Origin: Candidatus Fervidifonticultor secundus
Lineage (GTDB): Bacteria; Sysuimicrobiota; Sysuimicrobiia; Sysuimicrobiales; Humicultoraceae
Length of the DNA: 64,000 nt
Assembly (NCBI GenBank): GCA_031459385.1
Contig: JAVKIP010000005.1
Location: forward strand, 64,001-128,000
Direction: 5' to 3'
The notes below the pieces were generated by a model. The model did no database searches. It was given only the letters and a program-made list of their open reading frames with translations, and was not told the DNA's origin. The stretch's first letter is position 1. Each line of letters opens with the position of its first letter. A program made the translations under genes and the position numbers. Positions 19,709 through 29,367 of the stretch are shown here, piece after piece.

Positions 19709-20695
19709 ATGATCGTCGACGTCCACACACACTTCTACCCGCGCGAGTATCTGGCGCTGCTGGAAGCCCACGCCGAGGGGATCGCCATCAAGGTCGATGC
19801 GGTCGGGCGTCGGTACCTCGAAGCAGACGGCGCCCGGCTGGCCACCCTCACGGGCCCGATGCTCGACCTGGCAGACCGCCTCGCCGCCGTGGACGCCCAG
19901 GGCGTGGCGGTGCAGGTGCTCTCCCTCACGAGCCCCAACGTCTATGTGTTTCCCGATCACGTGGCCATCCAGGCCGCGCGGCTCGTCAACCGTGCCTACG
20001 CCCGGATCAAGGCCGAGTATCCCGGCCGGTTCTGCTGCCTGGCCAGCGTGCCCCTGGGAACCGGCGCCGAGGCCGACGAGCTGACCCGCGCCATCCAGGC
20101 CGACGGGCTGGACGGTGTCATTGTCGGCACCAACGTGCGTGGCCGGCCCATCGACGACCCGGCGTTCGCAGCGTTCTGGCGACGCGCCGACGAGCTAGCC
20201 CTGCCCGTCCTCCTCCACCCGATGGCGCCACCGCCGGCGTTGCCGCTCCGCGAGTTCAGCCTGGTGCCCCTCGTGGGGTTTCCACTGGACACGACGGTGG
20301 CGCTGGCGCGGCTGCTCTACGCCGGGTTCGTCGAGCAGTACCCCAGGGTCAAGGTGATCGCGACGCACGCGGGCGGAGCGCTGCCGTACCTCTTGGGGCG
20401 GCTCGACATCGGCTACAGCGCATATCCCGAGTGCCAGATCGCCGCCGCCCCGCCCAGCGCCTGCGCCCGGCGGCTGTACTACGACACGATCAGCTACCAC
20501 CCGCCCGCGCTGGCATGTCTGGTCGCCTCGGTCGGCGCCGACCGGCTGCTCTTCGGCTCGGACTTCCCGCACGTGATCGGGAGCGTGCCCAAGGTGGTCG
20601 AGTCACTGCGCCGCACCGGCCTCGAGTCGGACGCCCTGGACGCCATCTGCTGGCGCAACGCCAGAGACGGGTTGGGGCTGGCCATCGACGCATGA
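19709..20695 (+). CDS. Amidohydrolase_2 family (ACMSD-like) decarboxylase/hydrolase
   Basis: DVHTH, LHP, HAGGALP, YYDT, FGSDFPH motifs. Confidence 0.88.
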   Translation: MIVDVHTHFYPREYLALLEAHAEGIAIKVDAVGRRYLEADGARLATLTGPMLDLADRLAAVDAQGVAVQVLSLTSPNVYVFPDHVAIQAARLVNRAYARIKAEYPGRFCCLASVPLGTGAEADELTRAIQADGLDGVIVGTNVRGRPIDDPAFAAFWRRADELALPVLLHPMAPPPALPLREFSLVPLVGFPLDTTVALARLLYAGFVEQYPRVKVIATHAGGALPYLLGRLDIGYSAYPECQIAAAPPSACARRLYYDTISYHPPALACLVASVGADRLLFGSDFPHVIGSVPKVVESLRRTGLESDALDAICWRNARDGLGLAIDA

Positions 20696-22362
20696 GCCGC
20701 AGAGCCGCCGACCTGCTGGTCGAGGTGCTGCGGGCCCGCGGCGTGCGCTACGTCTTCGGCCTCCCCGGGACCACGGAAGCGGCGCTGCTGGACGCGCTCC
20801 GCGAGGCTGCCGAGGTGCGCTACGTCCTCACCCTGCAGGAGGGTGTGGCCGTGGCGATGGCCCACGGCTACGCGCTGGCCACCGGGCACCCCGCGGTGGC
20901 CAACCTGCACACCACGGTCGGGACGCTGGCGGGGCTCAGCCTGCTCTACGACGCCTGGCGCGATCGGGTGCCCGTCGTGGTCCTGGCCACCCACAAGCAC
21001 TCGCGCATCCTGGGGCGGGGCGGCTTCACCACCCTGCCGGACACGACGGCGCTCGCGCGTCCCCTGGTGAAGTGGGCCCACCAGACCCTGACGGCCGATC
21101 AGGTGGCGGAGGATGCGGAGCGCGCGTTCCAGCAGGCCGCAGCGCCCCCGCCGGGCCCCGCGTATCTGCTGGTGCCGGAAGACCTGCTGGCGAGCCTCGC
21201 CCCGGGACCACCACCCGTGCCGTCGCCGGTCCCGCTGCCGGCCCGGCCGCACCGGGACGCGGTCGTGGCCGCGCGCACGCGGCTGCTCGCTGCGGACCGT
21301 CCCGTGCTGCTCGCAGGGAGCACGCTCGCCCGCCCGGACGCAGTCGACGCCCTCGCCGACCTGGTGCGCCGCCTGACCCTCCCGATGCTGTGGGAACCTT
21401 GGCGTGCCCTGACGGCGGTGCCCTATCCGGCGGACGACCCGTACTTCGTGGGCACCTACGACGCAGGCCATCCGGCCGTGCAGCAGGCGGACCTGGTGCT
21501 GGCCCTGGGCGCGTCGCTGTTCGTGGAGTTTGCCCCGCCCCGCGCGCCGGAGGTGCCCCCGCACGCGGACCTGATCCACGTCCACGCGGAGGCCGGCGAG
21601 CTGGGACGGCTGTACCGGCCGGCGCTCGCCGTGCGGGCCGACCCGGCGCTGTTCGTGCGCGATCTGCTGGAGGATCCGCTGGTGGCCGTGCCCCACGGCG
21701 GGGACCACCGGGCGACGCAGCGCGCCGCCTGGATCGCGCGGCTGCGGCGCCTGCGAGACGAGCAGCGCGCCGCACGCCTGCGGACAGAGTGGCACGGCAC
21801 ACCGCTCTCGGCCCACCGGGTCGGCGCCGAGATGGCCCGCGTCCTGCCCGGGGATGCGGTGATCGTGGAGGAAGCCGTGCGTTCCTCCCCTGCCTTCCTG
21901 GACGGTTTCCCGCTGCGCCCCGGCCAGTTGTTCCGCACCGCAGGCGGCGCTCTGGGGTGGGGCGTGCCTGCGGCGCTCGGCGTGCAACTCGCCCGTCCCC
22001 ATCACGCTGTCGTCGCCGTGGTGGGCGACGGGAGCCTGCACTTCACACCGCAGGCGCTGTGGACCGGGGCCCGCGAGCGCCTGCCCGTGGTGGTGGTCGT
22101 GCTCAACAACCGCAAATACCTGGCCGTGGAAGCCGGCGTGCAGCGCCTGCGCGGCGCCGGGGAGACGCCCGCAGGCACCCCGGGCTTCGACCTCTCCGGG
22201 GTCGATCACGGTACGGTGGCGCGCGGCTACGGCGCGCTGGCCGCCGCCGTCGAGCACGCCGACCAGCTGGGCGACGTCCTGGCCGAGGCGCTGGCCCGCG
22301 CGCGCGCCGAGGCCCGGCCCTGCGTGGTGGACGTGCCCGTGCGCGACGAGCCGGGCGCCTGA
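20692..22362 (+). CDS. ThDP-dependent enzyme, benzoylformate decarboxylase-like
   Basis: FGLPGTTE, LQEGVAVAMA, NLH, GGALGWG, GDGS...NN ThDP motif. Confidence 0.85.
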   Translation: MSRRAADLLVEVLRARGVRYVFGLPGTTEAALLDALREAAEVRYVLTLQEGVAVAMAHGYALATGHPAVANLHTTVGTLAGLSLLYDAWRDRVPVVVLATHKHSRILGRGGFTTLPDTTALARPLVKWAHQTLTADQVAEDAERAFQQAAAPPPGPAYLLVPEDLLASLAPGPPPVPSPVPLPARPHRDAVVAARTRLLAADRPVLLAGSTLARPDAVDALADLVRRLTLPMLWEPWRALTAVPYPADDPYFVGTYDAGHPAVQQADLVLALGASLFVEFAPPRAPEVPPHADLIHVHAEAGELGRLYRPALAVRADPALFVRDLLEDPLVAVPHGGDHRATQRAAWIARLRRLRDEQRAARLRTEWHGTPLSAHRVGAEMARVLPGDAVIVEEAVRSSPAFLDGFPLRPGQLFRTAGGALGWGVPAALGVQLARPHHAVVAVVGDGSLHFTPQALWTGARERLPVVVVVLNNRKYLAVEAGVQRLRGAGETPAGTPGFDLSGVDHGTVARGYGALAAAVEHADQLGDVLAEALARARAEARPCVVDVPVRDEPGA

Positions 22363-22439
22363 CCGGCCACCCGCGGCAGGGAGTGGGCCGGTGGCCCGAG
22401 AAGCAGGCTGCCGATCGCGCGGGCAAGGGGGGGTCGGCG

Positions 22440-23480
22440 ATGTCTCGCGTAGGGCTCGTGCTTGCAGTCGCCCTGCTGGCAGGTGTCATGAGTGGCCCGG
22501 TGGTCCCCGCCGGCGCCGGGCCAGCACCCGGCCCGCTGCTCATCGGCAGCAACCCGCCGGGAACGCTCTTCTATTCGGTGGCCAGCGGTGTCGCCAAGCT
22601 CGTCGCGGATCACGCCGGCATGCAGGCCGTGGTCCAGCCGTATGCCGGCTCCAGCACGTTCCTGCCGCTGCTGAACACCGGCGAGATCACCTTTGGCGTG
22701 GTGAACGCCGTGGACATGGCCATGGCGTACCGGGGGCCGGAGCGACTCAAGATCGGCGGGCGCAATCCGTTCCAGCTGACCCCGAACGTCCGCCTCGTCT
22801 GGCGCGGAGGGCCGCTCTACCTGGTGGAATGGGTGCGGCGCGACAGCCCCTTCCGAACCATCGCGGACCTGCGCGGGCGCCGCGTCACCGGCGTGTACTC
22901 GGCGCACCTGGCGGTGTGGTTCAATCAGTTCGGGCTGCTGGCCTCGTGCGGCCTCACGTGGGACGACGTCCGCGTGGTGCCCGTCTCGACGGTCACCGAA
23001 GGCATCGATGCGCTGCAGGAGGGCCGCGCCGATGCCGCGCCCTTCGCGCTGGGGGCGGCCAAGCTGCACGAGGTGAACGCCGCCATCGGCATCCGCGGGC
23101 TCTCCATCTGCGCCGACGACGAGGGGAAGCGCCGCCTGCAGCAGGCGGTGCCCGGCTACTACCCGGTGCTGCTCAAGGCCGGGCAGTCGGTCGGCATCGT
23201 GAACGAGACGTGGGCCGTGGCCTACGACATCTACCTCGCGACCCACAGGGACGCGCCGAACGACATGATCCAGCGCGTGACCCGCGTCCTGTGGGAACAC
23301 AACCGGAAGCTGTGGCCCCTCCACGCGGCCTTCGAGGAGTGGACGACCCGCCGGGCCGCGGACCCCGGCGTGACGATCCCCTACCACCCGGGAGCCATCG
23401 CACTCTTCAAAGAGAAAGGGGCCTGGCCGGCGAGGATGGACGAGGTGCAAACGCACCTCCTGCGCGAGGCCGGGCGGTAG
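22440..23480 (+). CDS. TAXI-family TRAP solute-binding protein
   Basis: Signal peptide; GSNPPGTLFY, DLRGRRV, IPYHPGA motifs. Confidence 0.88.
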   Translation: MSRVGLVLAVALLAGVMSGPVVPAGAGPAPGPLLIGSNPPGTLFYSVASGVAKLVADHAGMQAVVQPYAGSSTFLPLLNTGEITFGVVNAVDMAMAYRGPERLKIGGRNPFQLTPNVRLVWRGGPLYLVEWVRRDSPFRTIADLRGRRVTGVYSAHLAVWFNQFGLLASCGLTWDDVRVVPVSTVTEGIDALQEGRADAAPFALGAAKLHEVNAAIGIRGLSICADDEGKRRLQQAVPGYYPVLLKAGQSVGIVNETWAVAYDIYLATHRDAPNDMIQRVTRVLWEHNRKLWPLHAAFEEWTTRRAADPGVTIPYHPGAIALFKEKGAWPARMDEVQTHLLREAGR

Positions 23481-23544
23481 TGCTCGCGGAGACGGCAGGG
23501 ACCGGGCGTCGCCCGGGAAGCATCACCGCCCGGGCGCTCGGCGG

Positions 23545-24999
23545 CTAGCGTGCCGGGCGCCCGTCAGGGTCCCACACCGGGAACGAGAGCGGGGACAGGG
23601 CCTCATGGCTCCGCGCTGCCCAATCCCGCTCGGGCACCGTGGCCAGAGCCTGTTCGGCCGCGCGCTGGATGCGCTCGCCCAGTTCGATCTCGTCCACCCC
23701 TATGACCTTCCCGTCCCGGACCACCTGCCGCCCGTCCACGAACACCATTTCCACGCTGCGGCTCGCGCCATAGTACACGATGTTCTTGATCGGATCCCGG
23801 AGCGGCCGCATGGGCATGCTGCGGCCGTCCAGCACCACCAGGTCAGCCTTCGCCCCCACCGCCAGGCGGCCCAGGTCCTCGCGCCCCAGCGCCCGGGCGC
23901 CGCCCAGCGTCGCGGCCGTGAAGGTCTCCGCCGCGGTGGGGCACGCCGTGTCGTTGGTGGCGTTCTTGGACAGCACGGCCGCCCACCGCATCTCCTCCAT
24001 CATGTCCTGCGGGCAGGTGTCGGTGCCGAGGCCGACGTTGACGCCGCGCCGCAGGTACCCGCCGAACGACTCCATGTGCAGCCCCCGGCGGCCGAAGACC
24101 CAGGGGCAGTGGGCCACGTGGGTGCCGGTCGAGGCCAGCAGGCCCAGGTCGTCGTGATCCGGGTAGCGAATCATGCTGTGGTGCGCCAGGAAGATGCCGT
24201 GGCCGACGATGACCTGGGGCCCGACCACACCGTGGCGGGCCAGGAACTCGACCGGGGTCTGGCCCCAGCGGCGCATCATCTCCAGATGCTCGCTGACGCT
24301 CTGGGCGGCATGGATCTGCACGCGCGCCCCGAGCTGACGCGCCGCCGCCATGGTCTCTCGCAGCAGGTCGGGCGTGCAGGTGTCCGCCTGCGCGGGACAG
24401 AGGACGCCCACCAGCCGGCCGCTCCAGGCGCCGCTGTTGCGCTCGACGAACTCCACGGCCGCCTGGAAATCCCGCCAGCCCTTCTCGATGTCCCACTCGT
24501 AGAGGACCTCGTGGCCGTTCCTCGTGTACCAGCGCGCCGAGCGGTACAGGGGCCCGGTGAAGACACGGAGCCCCGAAGCCTCGAGCACCTCCAGTGTGTC
24601 CGCGCTGAGCCAGCCCATCTCGAAGACCGTCGTGCATCCGCTCTTGACCAGTTCCACCAGGGCGAACCGCAGGACATCCACCAGCGCCAGCGGATCGAAG
24701 GCGCTCATGGCGGGCAGGTACTCAAAGAGGCCGGACATCCACAGCTTCCGGCTCCCCTGATCCTCGAGGAACCCCTTGTTGCGGCCCTCGGTCATCAGGT
24801 GGGCGTGGATGTCGATCAGGCCCGGGATCACCACGCGGCCGCGACCGTCGATGACGACATCGGCGGGCCCGGGGTCGCCCTTCCCGACGTACGTGATCGT
24901 GTTGCCTCGAAACGCCACGCTCCCGCCACGCAGCAGGCGGTGGCCGGTGCCGTCGAAGGCGACGACCCAGTCGGCGTCCTTGATCACCGTCGTGAGCAC
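23545..24999 (-). CDS. Amidohydrolase, chlorohydrolase/deaminase-like subgroup
   Basis: PGLIDIHAH, QIHAAQ, HCP, LGTD, GAKADLV motifs. Confidence 0.88.
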   Translation of the reverse strand: MLTTVIKDADWVVAFDGTGHRLLRGGSVAFRGNTITYVGKGDPGPADVVIDGRGRVVIPGLIDIHAHLMTEGRNKGFLEDQGSRKLWMSGLFEYLPAMSAFDPLALVDVLRFALVELVKSGCTTVFEMGWLSADTLEVLEASGLRVFTGPLYRSARWYTRNGHEVLYEWDIEKGWRDFQAAVEFVERNSGAWSGRLVGVLCPAQADTCTPDLLRETMAAARQLGARVQIHAAQSVSEHLEMMRRWGQTPVEFLARHGVVGPQVIVGHGIFLAHHSMIRYPDHDDLGLLASTGTHVAHCPWVFGRRGLHMESFGGYLRRGVNVGLGTDTCPQDMMEEMRWAAVLSKNATNDTACPTAAETFTAATLGGARALGREDLGRLAVGAKADLVVLDGRSMPMRPLRDPIKNIVYYGASRSVEMVFVDGRQVVRDGKVIGVDEIELGERIQRAAEQALATVPERDWAARSHEALSPLSFPVWDPDGRPAR

Positions 25000-25027
25000 T
25001 CCCCGTGCCTCCCTTCCGGTCTGCCAC

Positions 25028-25867
25028 TCAGGTGCCCAGCGTACCCCGCAGCCGGGGGTCGAGGAGATCCCGGAGCCCGTCCCCCAGCAGGTTGAACGAC
25101 ATCACCACCACGAAGATCGCCAGGCTGGGAATCGTGCTGAGGAACGGCGCTTCGCGCAGGTACGCCCGGGCCCCGCTCACCATGGCGCCCCACTCCGCGG
25201 TGGGCGGTTGCACGCCGAGCCCCAGGAAGCTCAAGATCGAGGCCGCCAGGATCGACCCGGCCATGTGGAGGCTGGCGTAGACAAGCACGGGCGGCAGCGC
25301 ATTGCGCAGGATGTGGCGGCCGACGATGTGCAGGTCGGTCGCGCCGATCGCCCGCGCCGCCTGCACGAACTCCATCTCGCGCAGGCCGAGCACCGCCGCG
25401 CGCGTGAGGCGTGCGAACGCCGGCAGGGCGCCCACGCCCACCGCGATCATGACGTTGTACAGCCCCGGCCCCAGCGCAGTCACGATCGCCAGCGCCAGCA
25501 AGATGCTGGGGATGGCCATCAGGATCTCGACGAGCCGCATGAGGAGGTTGTCCGCGCGACGGAAGTAGCCGGCGCACACGCCGACGAGCACGCCCGACAT
25601 CAGGCCGATGCCGGTGGCGACCAGCCCCACGGTCATGGAGATCCGGGCCCCGTAGAGCAGACGGCTGAACACGTCGCGTCCCAGTTCGTCGGTCCCCAGC
25701 CAGTGGGCGCGGCTCGGTGGTTCGAGCCGTCGCGGAGGGTCCACGGCGTGGGGGTCGTATGGAGCCAGCAGCGGTGCCAGCGCCGCCGCGGCCGCGATGC
25801 CCGCAATGAGCACCAGCGCCGTCAGGGTCACGCGGTCGCGGGCGAGGCGTCGGCCCACGTCGCTCAA
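25028..25867 (-). CDS. Peptide/nickel ABC permease (DppC-like)
   Basis: HWLGTDELGRD, EFVQAARAIGA, LSFLGLG, NLLGDGLRD motifs. Confidence 0.93.
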   Translation of the reverse strand: MSDVGRRLARDRVTLTALVLIAGIAAAAALAPLLAPYDPHAVDPPRRLEPPSRAHWLGTDELGRDVFSRLLYGARISMTVGLVATGIGLMSGVLVGVCAGYFRRADNLLMRLVEILMAIPSILLALAIVTALGPGLYNVMIAVGVGALPAFARLTRAAVLGLREMEFVQAARAIGATDLHIVGRHILRNALPPVLVYASLHMAGSILAASILSFLGLGVQPPTAEWGAMVSGARAYLREAPFLSTIPSLAIFVVVMSFNLLGDGLRDLLDPRLRGTLGT

Positions 25868-26805
25868 TGGTAGCGAATACGCGGGTCGAGCGCGGCGTAG
25901 AGTAGATCGACCAGCAAATTGATGGTGACGAAGCTCAACGCCATGGTCAGCACAATGCCCTGCACCAGGGGGAAGTCCTTGGACAGGATGGCCCGCACCA
26001 CCGTCCGGCCCATTCCCGGCCAGCTGAAGATCGTCTCGGTCACCACGGCGCCACCGAGCAGGTAGCCGACCTGCAGCCCCACCAGCGTGATGATCGGCAA
26101 CGCGGCGTTGCGCAGCGCGTGCAGGTACACCACACGGCGCTCAGCCAGCCCCTTCGCCCGCGCCGTGCGGATGTAGTCCTGCCGCAGCACCTCCAGCACC
26201 GTCGCTCGCGTCATCCGGGCCAGTGCGCCCACCAGGTTCGCGCCGAGCGTGAGCGCCGGCAGGATCGTGTAGTACGCGCCCTGCGCCGTCCAGATCGGCC
26301 CGCCCCAGCCTGAGATGGGGAACACTCCCCACCGGAACCCCAGCCACCAGATGAGCATCAGGCCGATCCAGAAGATGGGCAAGGACAACCCCAACAGGCC
26401 CGTGACCATGACCACCTTGTCCACCCACGTTCCCGGGTGGACCGCAGACGTCACGCCCAGAACGACCGCCACACTCACGGCCCAGGCCATGGCGGCCACC
26501 ACGAGCTGCAACGTCGCCCCGAAGACGCGCCGGATCTCCTCGGCCACCGGCTTCTTGCTGACGATGGACTGCCCCAGGTTACCCGAGAGCACGTTGGTCA
26601 GGTAGGCCGCAAACTGCACGTACACGGGGCGGGTGAGGCCCAGTTCCTCGCGCAACGCCTCCACGGCGTCCCGCGGCGCGTCGGGGCCGGCGATGATGAC
26701 GGCGGGGTCGCCAGGAGTCAGGTGGAGCATCGAGAAGCTGAACACCATGACCCCCACCATGACCGGCCCCAGCATCAGGAGGCGTCGAACGACGTACTGC
26801 CGCAC
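25864..26805 (-). CDS. Peptide/nickel ABC permease (DppB-like)
   Basis: PGDPA, DYIRTARAKGL, HALRNA, ETIFSWPG, DPRI motifs. Confidence 0.93.
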   Translation of the reverse strand: MRQYVVRRLLMLGPVMVGVMVFSFSMLHLTPGDPAVIIAGPDAPRDAVEALREELGLTRPVYVQFAAYLTNVLSGNLGQSIVSKKPVAEEIRRVFGATLQLVVAAMAWAVSVAVVLGVTSAVHPGTWVDKVVMVTGLLGLSLPIFWIGLMLIWWLGFRWGVFPISGWGGPIWTAQGAYYTILPALTLGANLVGALARMTRATVLEVLRQDYIRTARAKGLAERRVVYLHALRNAALPIITLVGLQVGYLLGGAVVTETIFSWPGMGRTVVRAILSKDFPLVQGIVLTMALSFVTINLLVDLLYAALDPRIRYH

Positions 26806-26831
26806 GCATCCCCCTGCAACTCGCCCCGCCG

Positions 26832-28463
26832 CTACCTGCGCTCGAGCCACACGTCGAGCAGCTTGTAGTACGCCTGTCCGTAGACGCCATGCGGCCGGAA
26901 CCCCCTCACCTCCACCCGCGTGGGGACCAGCAGCACGCGATGCCACAGGGGTACCCAGAGGTGGTTCTCGGCCACCACCTTCTGGAGGTCGTGCACCGCC
27001 CGCACGCGCTGCTCGTCGGTCCGCGCGCGGCGCGCGACGAGCAGCAAGCCATCGGTCCGGCGGTCGTCCCACATGACGCGGTTGGGCGACGGGATGTTAC
27101 CCGACCAGAAGTAGAGGTTGAGCATTTCCAGGATGCTGGCGTACGGGTAGTCCAGCGACCAGACGTCATAGTCCTGATTGCGCAGACCCGGAAAGTAGGC
27201 CGAGAGTGTGACTAACCGGATCTGCATGTCGATCCCGACGGCCTTCAGATGCGCCTGCAGCAGCGTGGCCAGCTCCTCTTGGCTCGCGGAGATCCCGAAG
27301 AACTGCAGCTGCAGACGCTGCCCGTCCCTGGTGCGGATACCGTCCGGCCCGGGCCGCCACCCGGCTTCCTCCAGCAGCGCCCGCGCCTGGCCGGGGTCGT
27401 ACCGTGGGAACACCTGTTCCTGCCCCGCCCAGTAGTCGAGGGTCGAGGGCTGCACGATGCCGTGTGCCACGGCCCCCTGACCCCGCTGTACGTCCTTCAC
27501 GAGCTCTGCCTTGTTGATCGCCGCGCTGATGGCCTTGCGCACCCTGACGTCGCCGAGGTTGGGGCGCGTGATCTTGAAGCTCAGGTACTGGATGTGCTGG
27601 TAGGGCTTGGCTTCGAGGATCTGCACGTCCCTGTTGCGCCGCAGCACGTCAATGTCGGGCGGGCGCACCCCGAAGCCACTGTGCACGTTGCCGCGTTCCA
27701 GCTCGAAAATGAGCGTCTGCGTCTCCGGAATCGTCCGGTAGACCACCTCGTCGACGTGGGCCGGCCCACGGTTGCGATAGTACTGCGGGCCCCACCGGTA
27801 CGCGTCGTTACGCCTGAGAACCGTACGGTCGTTGGGCACCCACTCGACGAACACGAAGGGCCCTGTCCCGCCGGCGCCGGCGCTCCCGTAGCGGTCGCCG
27901 AAGCGCTCGACGGCCTCGCGGTCGATGATGCCCAGGAACGGGATCGTGAGCTGCAACAGGAGGTCCGTCTGTGGCTCCCGGAGCCGCAGCACGACCGTCG
28001 TCTCGCTGGGCGTCTCGATGCGTTCCACGGCGCCGAGCCGGAAGCGGTGCGGCGAGGCGGTGCGCGGCTCGAGGAGTCGCTCGAACGTGTACTTCACGTC
28101 GGCAGAGGTGAACCGCCGGCCTGAGTGGAACCGGACATCGTTGCGTAACTCGAAAGTGTACGTCAGGCCGTCCCGCGACACGTCCCAGGACCGGGCCAGG
28201 CCCGGGGTGATGGTCTTCAGGTCATAGTCGAGGTGCAGCAGGGTGTCGTAGATGAGGCTGATGACGTACGCCGCGTTGATGGCCGTGACGCGGTGGGGAT
28301 CGTAGCCGTCCGGGTCGAGCGGTTTGCCGACGACCAGCCGGCCGCCGCGGACCGGGGCCCCCAGGGCCGGGGCGAGCGCGGGGGCTGAGAGCATGACCGC
28401 CGCCACGACCACCAGGACGGCGAGCAGGGACAGCCGGGCGTGACCGACTCGGGACGCTCGCAT
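26832..28463 (-). CDS. ABC solute-binding protein, family 5
   Basis: Signal peptide; LARSW, YTFELR, GTGPF, VRKAI, YDP...LLEEAGW motifs. Confidence 0.92.
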   Translation of the reverse strand: MRASRVGHARLSLLAVLVVVAAVMLSAPALAPALGAPVRGGRLVVGKPLDPDGYDPHRVTAINAAYVISLIYDTLLHLDYDLKTITPGLARSWDVSRDGLTYTFELRNDVRFHSGRRFTSADVKYTFERLLEPRTASPHRFRLGAVERIETPSETTVVLRLREPQTDLLLQLTIPFLGIIDREAVERFGDRYGSAGAGGTGPFVFVEWVPNDRTVLRRNDAYRWGPQYYRNRGPAHVDEVVYRTIPETQTLIFELERGNVHSGFGVRPPDIDVLRRNRDVQILEAKPYQHIQYLSFKITRPNLGDVRVRKAISAAINKAELVKDVQRGQGAVAHGIVQPSTLDYWAGQEQVFPRYDPGQARALLEEAGWRPGPDGIRTRDGQRLQLQFFGISASQEELATLLQAHLKAVGIDMQIRLVTLSAYFPGLRNQDYDVWSLDYPYASILEMLNLYFWSGNIPSPNRVMWDDRRTDGLLLVARRARTDEQRVRAVHDLQKVVAENHLWVPLWHRVLLVPTRVEVRGFRPHGVYGQAYYKLLDVWLERR

Positions 28464-28675
28464 GCAGCAGCCTCCTTCAACGCGGCAGCATGGCGTTCAG
28501 CGGTACCCGCCGCACGTACGATCGGATCATCTGCCGGAACGGTGGGGGGCGTTGGCCCACCGCTCCAGTGCCGCAACCCGTGCACCGGATGTTCGCCCAC
28601 AGGATGGGAAAGCCCTCCGCCGTGCGCGACGCGGGGAGCGTACCTCGTCCGAACCGTATCGCAGGAGGCGACGAC

Positions 28676-29203
28676 ATGGACGCGTATCTGGCAGTGATCG
28701 GGAAGCGGGAAGTCCGACGCTACGAGGACCGGCCCGTGCCGGAGGACGTCATGACCAGGATCCTCCAGGCAGGCCGCGCCACCGGGAGCAGCCGGAACCG
28801 GCAGCCCTGGCGGTTCATCGTCGTGACGGACCGGAGTCGCCTGCGAGACCTGAGCGGTCTGGTGTCCCGCCCGTCCAACCTGCAGGGGTGCCCGGTGGCC
28901 ATCGCTGTAGCCATGCTGGACCCTCGCGGCGCCTTCGACGCCGGCCGGGCCGCCCAGAGCATGATGGTCGCCGCGTGGGCGCTGGGGGTCGGGACGTGTC
29001 CCAACACTCCCACGGACGAAGCGGCGGTCAAGCGCCTGCTGGGGCTGCCCGACGAGGCGATCGTACCGACGATCCTGTCGCTGGGCTACCCGGCAGCCGG
29101 GGAGCCACGACCCCGGCCGGGCGCGGACCCTGCGCGTGTCCTGGCCCGCGTTCGCCGGTTACCGCTGGCCGAGATCGTAGGCCGGGAAGTGTACCGCCCG
29201 TAG
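28676..29203 (+). CDS. Nitroreductase family protein
   Basis: REVRRY, SSRNRQPWRF, AWALGVGTC, LGYP; GGAGG RBS. Confidence 0.88.
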   Translation: MDAYLAVIGKREVRRYEDRPVPEDVMTRILQAGRATGSSRNRQPWRFIVVTDRSRLRDLSGLVSRPSNLQGCPVAIAVAMLDPRGAFDAGRAAQSMMVAAWALGVGTCPNTPTDEAAVKRLLGLPDEAIVPTILSLGYPAAGEPRPRPGADPARVLARVRRLPLAEIVGREVYRP

Positions 29204-29367
29204 GGCCGGCGGCGTCACACCTTGTCGAGGGTATATTGCTGACCCGCGATGGCGTGATGCAGGCGCCGAACGGCCCCGACGAAAACGCGACGAGAGCACT
29301 CCGCACGGGAGAACCGCCCCGCTGGTGTCGAAATCTCCCTGGCATGAATTCCAGAGAGCGAACCGCG

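Noticed and set aside
28570..28590. Sigma54-like GG-N10-GC upstream of the first SBP gene
   Set aside because: Poor match to TGGCAC, and no enhancer-binding protein gene nearby.
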